Shown one piece after another: positions 24,029-36,230 of a stretch of 64,000 nucleotides of DNA (positions within the stretch are counted from its first letter, which is position 1; every line of letters starts with the position of its first letter). The notes under the pieces were generated by a model. It was not told the origin of the DNA. It did not search any database and saw only the letters and a list, made by a program, of their open reading frames with translations. The stretch is from NCBI RefSeq assembly GCF_006345805.1, contig NC_042997.1, positions 30,504,001 through 30,568,000 on the forward strand. Reading direction: 5' to 3'. The translations under genes and the position numbers were made by a program. The stretch comes from Octopus sinensis. Taxonomy: Eukaryota.

Positions 24029-24412
24029 GGAGGCGCAATGGCCCAGTGGTTAGGGCAGCGGACTCGCGGTCATAGGATCGCGGTTTCGATTCCCAGACCG
24101 GGCGTTGTGAGTGTTTATTGAGCGAAAACACCTAAAAGCTCCACGAGGCTCCGGCAGGGGATGGTGGTGATCCCTGCTGTACTCTTTCACCACAACTTTC
24201 TCTCACTCTTACTTCCTGTTTCTGTTGTACCTGTATTTCAAAGGGCCGGCCTTGTCACTCTCTGCGTCACGCTGAATATCCCCAAGAACTACGTTAAGGG
24301 TACACATGTCTGTGGAGTGCTCAGCCACTTACACGTTAATTTCACGAGCAGGCTGTTCCGTTGATTCGGATCAACCGGAACCCTCGTCGTCGTAACCGAC
24401 GGAGTGCTTCCA
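24029..24412 (+). mobile_element. SINE family B
   Basis: Full-length copy. Confidence 0.9.
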
Positions 24413-24424
24413 TGGTGTGTTATA

Positions 24425-25020
24425 CTTACTTATCTGCTATACCTGTCTTGACTGGAACATTCCAGAACTGTTCTTTAATAAGTGAATATGCCTTCCACCG
24501 CGTTATTATTTCCTATATTTATTTACCCAGGAATATCATTGCTGCAGATTTCATTGTATAATATTTTGGCCACAACATCATCGCTCATAAGCAAATAATT
24601 GCTGGAATAATATTTTCGTTTAGCTACTAAACGCTGGGGGAGTGGGCGACATCGTCAGTATTATTTTCACAGCCACCGCATCGGTTGCCACATCTAGGTT
24701 ATTTACCTGCATCCCTATTCCTTTTGTACATCAGGTATTTTGATGTTGTTTCTAGCTCCTGTATAGCAAAAGCATACCCTTCAATGCGTAAGCTAATATT
24801 TCAGTTGCCGATCCATGTTAGACTACTTTGCTTATCTGTGTTGTCTTACTTTGAAGCTTTCTGGCAACATTGCTATACATGATCTTCCACTAGCATGCAT
24901 ACAGCTTTTTACCTAATGACTTGTTAAAATAAAGTTGTGGAACATTTCTGAGTATGTATCCTTTGTCATCAGTCAGGGTTGCTTTTTGAGGTGCTCTCTT
25001 TCAACTTTGATATTATCTGC
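24425..25020 (-). mobile_element. Degenerate R4/Dong-like (RLE-type) LINE C-terminal fragment
   Basis: Minus frames give IEGYAFAIQELETTSKYL..KR...RCGGCENNTDDVAH, SDDVVAKILYNEIC and EQFWNVPVKTG. These match the EG...AIQEQ / CRxC...E..HI / RHD.VA / W+NRPD motif order of RLE LINEs. Confidence 0.6.
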
Positions 25021-25023
25021 CTC

Positions 25024-25122
25024 ATGTATGTATGTATGTATGTATGTATGTATGTATGTATGTATGTATGTATGTATGTATGTATTATGTATGTATGTAT
25101 GTATGTATGTATGTATGTATGT
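25024..25122. repeat. (ATGT)n microsatellite
   Basis: Direct read. Confidence 0.95.
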
Positions 25123-25210
25123 GTGTTTTAAGATCATCTCTACAGACTTTCGATACAAATTATAGCCAACACTGATTTTGATACGATGCTTCGTAACAAA
25201 ATCAGTGTTA

Positions 25211-25372
25211 GGCGCAGGAGTGGCTGTGTGGTAAGTAGCTTGCTTACCAACCTCATTGTTCCGGGATCAGTCCCACTACGTGGCACCTTGGGCAAGTGTC
25301 TTCTACTATAGCCTCGGGCTGACCAAAGCCTTGTGAGTAGATTTGGTAGACTGAAACTGAAAGAAGCCCGTC

Positions 25373-25437
<65 letters not shown>

Positions 25438-25647
25438 CTTGTGTGTCTGTGTTTGTCCCCGCAACATCGTTTGACAGCCGATGCTGGGTGTGTTTACGTC
25501 CCCGTAACTTAGCGGTTCGGCAAAAAGAGACCGATAGAATAAGTACTAGGCTTACAATGAATAAGTCCAGGGGGTCGATTTGCTCGACTAAAGGCGGTGC
25601 TCCAGCATGGCCGCAGTCAAATGACTGAAACAAGAAAAGAAAAGAAA
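25211..25647 (+). mobile_element. SINE family A
   Basis: Full-length, with an expanded (GT)n core. Confidence 0.9.
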
Positions 25648-26469
25648 GTTAGCTATAATTTCTATTGAAACTCTATAGAGACGACATTAATGCCTGATTT
25701 TAGTGCACTGCCTATACAGTAGCACACGCTATTGACTTATAAAAACGTTTGATATACTTTGTAGCATATAATGGTTGCATAACGATATACCGTGTGTCTA
25801 CAAGTCATTAGTATGTATGTTTTAGGGAAATATAAAATATAAAAATTTTCATAAGAGATGAGCTTTATGTAAAATGTTATATAGGTGAACCTATTTTCAT
25901 AAAGGTTCCACATCATCTGGGAATATTATCTGTTATATCTTAAATTCCTTTCCAGTGACTGATTTATTTCTCAACTGCTCTTAACATCATGAAATTATAG
26001 TTATCTACTGGAAAGCTAAAGCACTCGGTAACTTGGGCGGCAGACAGTTGCAATCTCTCAGAAATATGAGCAAAGGGAAACGGAAATTTTAGTTTTCATG
26101 TTCCAGAAAAAAAAATTTCGGTAACTTGGAATCAAACCAGCCCACGAGGAAACATCTGTGTGGTTGGTAGACAAGCCAGAAATAACAGCCGAGTCCCTTT
26201 CGAATCGCATTCTACTGTTTGAAGAAACACTGGACAATGTAGCCCAATGAAACCCCAAAATGGCAGGATGATAATGACGAGAATGATTTTGGCCATAGAA
26301 TTGTCTGTAGTTCAACCACAATAACCGGGAACCAATATGTTGTCATGCGGTCAGTTCTCAAGGAATTTTCCGCATCCCTCATAAATGTACTTTAATAACA
26401 GTTTCTAGCTTAGACACAAAGCTTGAGGAGATAATGTTAGGCGATTCTATTGTCATGTATTTGACTTGT

Positions 26470-26820
26470 AATTAATTTTTTTTCGACCCTGGAAGTATTA
26501 AAGGCGAAGTTGATTCGGTGGAATTTGAACTCAGATTATAAAGAACCGGAGCAAATATTGCATGGTAATACTGCCAATTCAACACCCCCAATCATAATAA
26601 TTATAATCCTTTCTGCTAAAAGCACAAGGTCTTTGAGGAGGGGATAGTCGATAGTCGAACACATCGACCTTAGTGTACAACTAGTACTTATTTTATCGAC
26701 CCCGAATGGATGAACGGCAAAGTCGACCTCGACAGAATTTGAACTCAGAACATAACGACAGATGAAGTGCCGCTATGCATTTTACCTGGCCTGCTAACGA
26801 TTCTGCCAGCTCTCCGCCTT
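26470..26820 (-). mobile_element. Two partial, diverged SINE-C-related copies
   Basis: aaggc.aagt.gac.tcg.cggaatttgaactcag core repeated twice. Confidence 0.7.
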
Positions 26821-26884
26821 AATAATAATAATAATGATGATGATTTCTTTTATAATAATGATGACAATGATAATAAAATGCCCT

Positions 26885-27455
26885 CATGCAGTACTAGAAA
26901 GTGGCTCACATGGCTTTTCATCTTAACTGATTGGAAATGTTATCATGTACGTTGTTTTGTCCCGGTATAAAAGATGGGCTACAGTAAATATTCTGCTCAA
27001 TACCACAGATTTGCTTGTCAGTTGTTTGACCTTAACCAGTTGAGCATGTCTCTTAGTGGCTGACGATATGTGCATCTCTGATCACGAACAGAAGTAGTGG
27101 GGGAACATCATAGCCATGTATTGAGAGGAATTATTTGGGGTTTGGATAGTTCACCTTTGGAAACATGGGTATTTCGTTCAGCATCTTAAACAACTTTTAT
27201 TCAGGGACCTTTTGAGCGAGATGGGCTACTCGACCTGAAGAAAATTCTAACTGAGCCCCATCTGCAAGGTCATGCGCTGTTTATCTTGATTTGAAATCAC
27301 CATGTCGTGCACATACGGTTGTGATGCATGTGTCTGGTATACCCTTATCAGACGGGTAGTCATGATGGGTATACTGGGCTTCGTATATTTTACCTCAGTG
27401 TCACTTTGATGGTATGCACTCCTCTCTCTCACTCAATAATAATTATTATTATTAT
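26885..27455 (+). mobile_element. Probable LINE 3' end with (AAT)n tail
   Basis: Mixed-sequence block ending cactcctctctctcactcaataataattattatt. No ORF; class inferred from the tail only. Confidence 0.35.
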
Positions 27456-29464
27456 CTTTACTGAAGGTAAGGATATCGTCGATTAAATCGATTACCGAAA
27501 ACATTGCTTATGCACCTTTAACAATGTTCGTTTCTTTATATAAGAAAATCCAAAAGTAAATCTTTATGAGTTTGAACCCGTAACCTAGAGGATTAAAAAC
27601 GTAGTATTGTACTGCTGTTGACAACAAATTTACCAGCTTAACAAAGTCTTAGTTAATAACATGCCAAGACTGTCTGCTAAAACTGCACCCCGAAACTTCA
27701 CAGCAATCTAGCAGCACTGACACATATTTCATTCAATTTTTAGTCGGTAAGTATCAAAGGCTTGTAAGCCAATGACAGAGCTTCTATGTGTTCACTTGAT
27801 CTGCAAGAAATAACTGCCAAATCTCTCCTAAATTATAATCTTACTATCTTGAAAAAGAAGATATTGGAAAATGTGATCTTAAAACAATGCCTTAACACTA
27901 AGGGGTGATGGCCAATGCTGGGCCGCCTTTGATCATAGATCGATTCATTTATTGTTTACCTGGGGCTAAATAACAACACCAACAACAACAACAACGAAAA
28001 TGTTCGTCCTCTTTTGCCCTCCACTACCTAACATGCACGGGTCATCATGTCCCAAAGTGAAAGTAATTCTCCCAAACAATCGTATGCCATGACCTCGGCG
28101 GCTGACAACAAATCTACTTGCATACATATATAACAGACTGCCAGCTTACAAAATCTTTCAGTTAATAACATGCCAAAGCTGTCTGCCAAATACTGCACCC
28201 CAAAACTTCCCTTGCAGTGACATATTTCATTCAACTTTCAGCCGGTAGGTATCATAGACTTGAAATGATTTTATCTTCTTTTATTTTTTTCTGTTTGTCT
28301 TTTCATTTTTTTATTTTTTTTTGGAAGAGGAAGAACAAAATTAAAAAAATAAAATGTAAAAATAAAAAAATAAGTGAATGAATAATTAGACGACATTGCC
28401 ACAAAATATGGTATCAGAAATGTAAAGCGAGGAAGCCAAGTTGCAATAAGTGATGTGAATATGTCTGTACGCATGTGTATGCGTACGCGCATGAAAGAGG
28501 ATGTGAAAGTATTTTGAAAAAGAGTGTAATGAATACAGAAGGTGGGGAAGGGAGCAGAAAGAAACGCAGCAGAAGTGTGTGTCGAGGAAAAAACCTTATT
28601 ACCGGTTTCAGAAGTTGGATAGCAGCAACACATAGCGGTGTCTGCTCGGTGGTCACAGTGAATGACTGCGTCTTGAAATCGTTTCATGTAGCACAATCGG
28701 TCCTTCAGCGGGTATTCTTTATCGTTTCTGCTATCCATGGGAAAGCAGTACCGACGTATTCGGAGGACGTCTCCGCTATGATGTTGGACATCAGAGATGT
28801 GGACGTGGTCGACGTGATTCTAAAAAAAAAGTCCGAAGCGATAGCTTGCTATTTCTAATTGTTTTAAGTGCCTATGCAGGCAGAAAAATCCCTTGATCAC
28901 TGAACCACGACTCAGCTGAACATAAAGGTTGTGACAGCTAGGGTAAAAGAGCGAGCTGCACTATCTGGTATACACTACAACTACATAACATGCAGTAACG
29001 TGAAATGAAGCTTCTTGCTCAATGATACAATGCACTGACTAGTCTATGAATTAAGGTCACAGGCATCACAAATATGATAGCTGTGGGTATATTATTTTTT
29101 CAGGTGTTCTGGCCCGTATTTTAATATATAAAAATGAAGTGTTAACATTTACAGTATGCAAACTAGTAGCTCCAGTCTTCTGTAGCTACTTTAATTATTG
29201 AGTATATAAATAGATTGGCTGTTCGTTTCTCTAGGATTGACCAAAATGATGGAGACTCTTCTGATGAGAATCCTGTAAGTTTCGAAAATCGATTAAGGTT
29301 ATACTATTTTACTCTTTTACCTGTTTCAGTCATGTGACTGTGGCCATGCTGGAGCACCGCCTTTAAGGTTGTTCATTTTTTTTTACATTATACGGAGAAA
29401 CAACTAAATTAGCCCTGTTTATATAGAGAGATATGTGTGTGTGTCGATGTATCTCTTTCTCTTT

Positions 29465-29666
29465 CTCTTTTACTTGTTTCAGTCATTTGACTGCGGCCAT
29501 GCTGGAGCACCGCCTTTAATCGAGCAAATCGACCCCGGGACTTATTCTTTTGTAAGCCCAGTACTTATTCTATCGGTCTCTTTTGCCGAACCGCTAAGTG
29601 ACGGGGACGTAAACACACCAGCATCGGTTGTCAGGTAATGCTAGGGGGACAAACACAGACACACAA

Positions 29667-29719
<53 letters not shown>

Positions 29720-29895
29720 ATATACATATATACGACAGGCTTCTTTCAGTTTCCGTCTACCAAATCCACTCACAAGGCATTGGTCGGCCCGGGGCTATAG
29801 CAGAAGACACTTGCCCAAGATGCTATGCAGTGGGACTGAACCCGGAACCATGTGGTTGGTTAGCAAGCTACTTACCACACAGCCACTCCTGAGCC
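29465..29895 (-). mobile_element. SINE family A (plus a short tail fragment at ~29305-29365)
   Basis: Full-length reverse copy. Confidence 0.9.
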
Positions 29896-30372
29896 TATGT
29901 GTATATTCTATGTAAAACAAAAAATTACTCCATTCATAATTAAGCTCGCGAAATATCTCATAAGGAAATGACATGAGTGTATTATAAAAATACTTTATTT
30001 GAAAAAAAAAATTGACGTTGTTGCGGATAGTGGGGGAGGAGGTGACGAATCAAACATGCGTCAGAATTGCGTACAAGAAATAAACTTATCAGTAGAGCAG
30101 GTTCTAATATTAGCATCCTCACTAAACACAGGAGAAGCAGGATATGAAGGAAAAGTAATTTATAAGTAGAGCAAAAAAATGTTGCAATGTTTTTTTTTGT
30201 TTTTTGTTTTATTAGAATCATGTATCGACTTCAAAGTTAAATATGTATATATAAAATTTTAAAAATATGACTTCTTGAACAGTCATCAAGGAAACTTGAA
30301 GTAATTTTACAAACACGTCATTGGTCTTGTGAAATCATTATTTCCCATATATCATGTGTGTGTGTGTGTGTG

Positions 30373-30540
30373 TAGGGAGAATTCACGAAAAAACAAAAGA
30401 CGAAGACAGGTGGTGTAGAAAACAAACAGATGTATTAGTATAACGATCGGGATTAGAAAAAGTCTTTTACGTTTCGAGCCTACGCTCTTCCACAGAAAGG
30501 AACACAGAAAGAAACAAGGAGAGAAGCAAGGGTAGAAACA
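30373..30540 (-). mobile_element. Short Penelope-like repeat with minimal hammerhead motif
   Basis: Abuts (GT)n. Homologous to 54891-55088. Minus strand CTTT-CTGTGGA-A-GAGC-GTAG-GCTC-GAAAC-GTA-AAAG. Confidence 0.6.
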
Positions 30541-31360
30541 TGTGTTTGTGTGCATACTAAAAGAAAGAGAAGAAATAATAATGAATTGAATGAATACCCA
30601 AGTGTACAATACAGTTACTGAGAGTAAACAGAATCGGATCTAGAAGTGACTAAAGGTGCAAATTAAAATAAAAAATTCATAAATAAACAATGCAGTGGAT
30701 CAAAATTCAAAGACAGCGGAAAAAAAAGCAGAAAGGAAGATGTTGTTTAGACAACTATAAAGATTCGCTAGTACTTAATTTTCAATATTTGCAGAGAAAC
30801 TGAGTCAGTGACCAGGTTGCAGATGTTGCAACGAAACATTTTCACACAATACATTATATATCCAAAACTAAAGTGAAAAATCAAAACAAACATTGTGTTC
30901 TGAAGTGATTAAACGGCTCTTTCACGGTGTAATTATGTAGTATATTGGTGTCATAATAAAGAATAAGAGTTATTTCTGTGGTTTAGCCTTAACTCAGCGC
31001 TGACCTTGTAAGAACCAACGAGTATACTGTGCCTCCGAAGACTATGCTGAGTACTTAGGGGTGGTTGTTGTTATTTAGCCTCATATCAGCGTTCATCGAT
31101 CAAATCTATTATCAAAAGCATTCCGGTCGTGACCACCAGTTTTGTTTTTAAAGATAATTTACTTCAGACTACATTATCCATAATTTGGTGGAGATTTGGC
31201 GGATTTTTCAATTGCATGAACTAAAAGTCGGAGGGGGACAGAATAAACTACCTGCATTAACTTGCTATGAAAGCAGGTAGTAATTTTACCCTGTACTTAT
31301 TCTTGGTGCAAGTTTTGAAGAGTGCAGTTCGATTTTAACTGTTATCTTTTCAAAGTTATA

Positions 31361-32189
31361 ATGGCAGTGACAAAGGAGAACATTCGGTATGTTTTGCTTT
31401 ATGAGACCAGTAAGGGCAATAGCGCAACGGAAATTGCGAGGAATATTAATGCAGTATATGGAGATCGGACAATAAACGTAAGCCAGTGTCAACGGTGTTT
31501 CCAGAAATTCCGAGCCGGAAACTACAGCCTAGACGATGGTCCTCGTCCAGGAAGATCTGTAGAGCTCGACAACGACGTCCTGCAAACCCTGGTGGAACAA
31601 AATCCCATTGTAACTGTTGATCATTCAACCATTCATCGGAAGAGTCAAAAAATTGGGTCAATGGGTTCCTCACAAACTTTGCGAGTGTAATCGTGCGCAG
31701 AGAGTGAATGTGTGCTCTTCTTTCCTGTCATGTCTCACGAATGGACCATTTTTGGACCGAATAGTGACTGGTGACGAGAAATGGGTTCTCTATAAAAATG
31801 TCAAGCGCCGAAGACAGTGGCTAGGGAAAAGAGAAACACCGGCGCCCTAGACTAAAGAAGGTCTTCACTCACGTAAGGTGTTCTTTCAACAGGATAATGC
31901 TTGGCCTCATACAGTGAGGATGACATTCCAAACGCTGGAGCAGTTTCAATGGGAAACGATGCTCCACCCACCATATTTTCCGGACATTGCCCCATTTGAT
32001 TATCATTTATTCCGCAGTCTTCAAAATCCTTTGAACGGAAAAAATATGAATTCTGTAGACGAGGTCAGAACAGTACTGGAGGAATATTTTTCGTCACAGA
32101 CAAGTGAATTTTGGAAGAGGGTCTTTGCAAGTCTACCCGATAGATGAAAGAGCATTGTAGAAAATGAAGGAGAGTATATTTTAGATTAA
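31361..32189 (+). pseudogene. Mariner (D,D34D) transposase pseudogene
   Basis: MAVTKENIRYVLLYE...DDGPRPGRS..., WVPHKL, RIVTGDEKWVLY, FQQDNAWPH, HPPYFPDIAPFDYHLF, ending EGEYILD*. Frameshifts, stops and an internal deletion; left TIR not seen. Confidence 0.92.
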
Positions 32190-32861
32190 AAAGGAAATTT
32201 ATCTTAATTTTGAAAAATAAAAGTTAAAAAAAGCCGCATTATTTATGGTATTTGTTATCTTCATTTCACTTATTTCTGTGTCTCTTGTAACGCTTTTTTT
32301 TTTGCTGTTGGTGAAATAGTTAATAGTATTAGAGGCCAACAAATTGAGTTTGGTAATTCGTATATTGTCGAGAGTAACCATGTTTCGTGCATGACCAGAC
32401 CAAGTCTAGCTGTCTTAATTTAGAAACTACAAAAGTGATATCTCTTTAAGTAACGGTAGTACATTCATCTAAATTCATTTCTTCTCGCAGGAAAAATTAA
32501 TTGTATTAAACAAACGGTCTCTCCAGTAAAAGTAGGGTTTATCTCTCACTTCATACTCGATGAATTGAAATTAAGCATTGGACAAATGGGTCTCAGAAAC
32601 ATGTATAGGAACAAATAATAATAAAATATTATTTAAATGGGGGAAATTCAAAAACTAGTGATCGTTGGAACTACTCATATCCTACGATAAATATTGTCTA
32701 TGTAATTCTAAAAACGTTTTAATTTGTGAACATTATCAAAAGTACTTTAAAATGTATATTAAAGCAAACAACTTTTACTATCATCTTAAGATTACACTAT
32801 CACCCAAATTAGTTTTTAAACAAACTTCTAATTTTCTTGTTTTGACAGACATGCTCTAGAA

Positions 32862-33245
32862 CAAAGGTTCTCAACGGGGGCCATTTGCAGCTCGAGAGGG
32901 GAGTTTTGAAGCAAAGGGGCAATAGGGGGAGTTAAGAGACTTGGCGCTACGGGAGCGCTGGAAGACACTCGTCTTTGGCAAGTTTAATTTGAAATTAACG
33001 AGTAGTAGCCATATTTTCAGGTCTTTGCGATAGTCAGTTAAAAAAAACCATGCATTTTGTTTCAAATTTTCAAAAACTTAAAAAACACTTTTTTTCACTT
33101 TGACGACATCAAACAAATTCCTGATACCGTGTGTAACTGGCGTCGGTAAAGTAAAACCTCCAAAACAAAAACAAAAACTAAAAACAGATGAATAGTGACA
33201 GACGATTAAAAGAAAACAAAGTAATGATTAAAAGCGAAAAGTTGA

Positions 33246-33283
<38 letters not shown>

Positions 33284-33294
33284 TGTGTGTGTGT

Positions 33295-33326
<32 letters not shown>

Positions 33327-33552
33327 ATGCAAATATATAAGGAATGGTGGTCATAATTTTGGATCAAACTGGCTTTTGGGAATGGCTGGTAGGTATGTAT
33401 TTGTGTATGTATGTGTATGTATGGGTGTGTGTATGTATATGATTGCGTGTGTTGCCATTTTGAATTGCTTTCTGTGATTGAACTGAAATTGACACCTGGT
33501 TATTAAAGACTTAACCACATACACACATACATACACACACACACACACATAC

Positions 33553-33585
<33 letters not shown>

Positions 33586-34208
33586 TTTGTTTTAGGTTTT
33601 GTACCCATTTGAACTGCATTTGAACTTATGTTCTGAAATTTAAATTTTGAAATTGTTTTAATTATAAAATTACACCCCAGCTAAAAACACATCTTTTGGC
33701 TTTGGAAAACAGAACCTTTTGTTACTCTTTCTATATTTTTGTTAAGTTAGAATTTTGTATTCTGCCTTCTACATAATGGAATCGATACGATTATGCAAAA
33801 AACTCCCCACCTCAATATGTCAGATTGTTGCACAAGTTCTAGCTGTTTTGATAAAGGAAATCTGAAAGGTTTGAAATGACTTCATCGGCATTTACTTGTA
33901 CCAAAGACCACTCATTCTATAGACAACACGTTGATCTCATAAGTGTCGCGTGGTAGAAATAAACGCAATTACCAAACTTTCAATTCATTATTTTGTTTTT
34001 TGTTGGTTTTTTTTTTTTGCATTTCAATTTGTACATCTGTATTCCTGGCTGCATACAAGTGTATGCGTAAAACAACGTCCTTTATTTTTTAACTATTATC
34101 TGCTGATATCAAAATAGCTAGTATATTGAAAAAGGAAAATATTTTTAGTCATTTGTGACTCCAAGGGTCAAAAGGAGTCCTTTGGCGAAAATGGGTTGAG
34201 AACCTTTG
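32862..34208. mobile_element. Non-autonomous hAT element (1347 bp)
   Basis: TIR caaaggttctcaac / gttgagaacctttg. Perfect 8-bp TSD ctctagaa at 32854-32861 and 34209-34216. Internal (GT)n and (CA)n. Confidence 0.9.
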
Positions 34209-34624
34209 CTCTAGAACAATACTTTGTGTAAAACCAAAAATATGACACTATAGTCATAATACTCACTTGAACTTCTAACTTGTCTCTTGAGGTCTCTGAG
34301 TGAGAATTGGAATAAAGAAAAGAATTATTTCACGTTTTCCCGAAGTTTCTACATTCTTGTGACGTCATCAACATGCTATTCCCGCTGGAAAGCATTAAGT
34401 TTCTAAAATGGAAAAAGAATTCGAAAGATTGCTTTGATTCAGTGGCATAGTGACTGTCGTATCTACGAGCAGCCTTCAACGTTTTCTATCGAAAGGGATT
34501 CTTTACCCAATATTTACAATAATTTTGTATTTCTTTTGAAATCCTGCTTTCTTTTTTAAACCTGCTTTGATTAAACCTTGGAGTAGTGTTTAATTATCAT
34601 TTTTTTTCTGTTTTACTTTTTCAG

Positions 34625-34974
34625 ATTATGAGGCAGCATACGCAGTTGCATTCAATTCAAAAGGAGAGACTCTGATAAAACACACCGGAAATAAATCATT
34701 ATTAGCTGTAGACGATGATCTCGATATAATATTCATTAACATAAGCAGCGCTTTAAAGGAATTTCAATTAAAATTCATCCGAAATGTGGATGTTTTTTCA
34801 CCCGCGTTTCAAGTCCATTATCAAATGCCAAACAATAATAGCAAAAAAGAGTCTTCTTTGGACGTTCAAATGGAAGAAAATATTGAGACGAACAATGTTC
34901 GGGCTTGTTTTTACAGGGGTTCCTTAATCGGAGAAGACGATTCCTATGCTGCATTGAGCATCTGCGGTGGTTTG
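34625..34974 (+). CDS. ADAMTS-like metalloprotease, first identified coding exon (M12B propeptide)
   Basis: Acceptor ttttacttttcag, donor TTG|gtaagt. Only the phase-1 frame is open: (D)YEAAYAVAFNSKGETL...VRACFYRGSLIGEDDSYAALSICGGL, a typical reprolysin prodomain (C-Y-G, AAxSxCxGL). Confidence 0.9.
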
Positions 34975-35204
34975 GTAAGTCTTAGATCTGCATTATTTGT
35001 TTTGGTTGTTGTTTGTTGTTATTATTTTCCATACTGTTGGGAATGATGACGAAGTGAAGTTCGACGGTGTTCTACAAGCTTGAATGAATAGTTTTGCAGA
35101 AGTTCCAATGTTACACCGTTCGGCTCATATTTAGCCATTTCCAAACTTCCATGTTGGCTGCATGAATTGTTGGTTTTATGTGGAAATAATAACATTGACA
35201 GACA

Positions 35205-35206
35205 AG

Positions 35207-35253
<47 letters not shown>

Positions 35254-35292
35254 GGTGGTGGTGGTGTGGTGGTGGTGGTGGTTGTTGTTGTT
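35205..35292. repeat. (GTT)n(GGT)n microsatellite
   Basis: Direct read. Confidence 0.95.
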
Positions 35293-35379
35293 AAGCAACA
35301 AGACGGGTAAGAGTGATTAGGTAATGGTCTAGGGCTTAGGGGCGGGAGACCCCAGACCTTGGAAAAAAAAAACTTTGGT

Positions 35380-35500
35380 CTTATTGTAGTCGAGGGGCTC
35401 TTCGTTGACGCCCGACACCACTAGGAGGTGGCCCTCGAAGTCGCTGGAAATGGAGATCTCCAGGTCCAAATTCTTGAATGGCTGCTGGTGGTGGTGATTT
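35380..35500 (-). mobile_element. Possible Tx1/L1 APE-endonuclease fragment
   Basis: Minus frame FKNLDLEISISSDFEGHLLVVSGVN resembles the 'LDLEV....D.EGRLVV.DV' segment of L1-clade endonucleases. Confidence 0.35.
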
Positions 35501-35667
35501 GAGGCTGCTGCAGAGAACGAAGCAACAGAAGGGAATGGTTTGAGGACAAGTACTCACTGTGAGAAATACGAACTTATCCAATTTCCGAACAGAAATGAAA
35601 TTCGTTAATTGCCGGCGCCTCGATGCTGTGCGGCTTAAGAATAAACATAGTCATGTTAATACGTATA

Positions 35668-35738
35668 AAATCTCTTGTTGCATTTAATATGTATTAAATC
35701 TCTTGTTGCATTTAATATGTATTAAATCTCTGCTGCAT
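35668..35738. repeat. 28-bp tandem repeat x2.5
   Basis: aaatctcttgttgcatttaatatgtatt repeated. Confidence 0.85.
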
Positions 35739-36025
35739 CAAGCCACATGAAGTCCTTTTGCAGATTGCGATGAGACTTAAAACGACTGGTTTCGTGGCTT
35801 TTAGCAATTCGTAAAGATTCGGCTACGTCTCCTCTAGAAGCTTCAGAGAATTGCTACATATTAAATATGATCAAGACAGGAAATGATAAAACTTATTTAC
35901 ATGATAACACAAGGTTAACAACCGGGTAATAGTAACGAGATAACTAATACAAGATGGATTATTTGCAAATTAATATACAAGAGCATATTCATATGTATTA
36001 ATTTCGCTGTAAAATACTGAATTCA

Positions 36026-36230
36026 AATTTTGGCACAGCGCCAGCAATTTCTGGGTAGGGGATAAGTCGATTACATCGATCCCAGTGTTCAACTGAAACT
36101 TCTTTTATCGACCTCGAAAGGATGTAAGGCAAAGTCGACCTCCGCGGAATTTGAACTCAGAACGTGAAGATGAACGAAATGTCGCTAAACATTTTGCCCG
36201 GTGCACAATCGATTCTGCTAGCTCGCCGCC
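36026..36230 (-). mobile_element. Diverged SINE-C-related copy
   Basis: Core and head recognisable. Another diverged copy at ~37404-37600(+). Confidence 0.75.

Noticed and set aside
28475-28858. 127-aa + ORF and overlapping 155-aa minus ORF as the protease N-terminus or a separate gene
   Set aside because: No signal peptide in frame, no convincing donor, no recognisable family.
33341-33388. 47-nt phase-compatible exon candidate (NGGHNFGSNWLLGMA) linking 29274 to 34625
   Set aside because: Weak acceptor, lies inside a TSD-flanked hAT element, and gives no signal peptide.
35508-35557. Apparent 50-nt minus-strand intron (gtgagt...ctgcag) suggesting a nested gene
   Set aside because: Very short, no coherent flanking exons; the downstream peptide is better explained as a LINE endonuclease relic.
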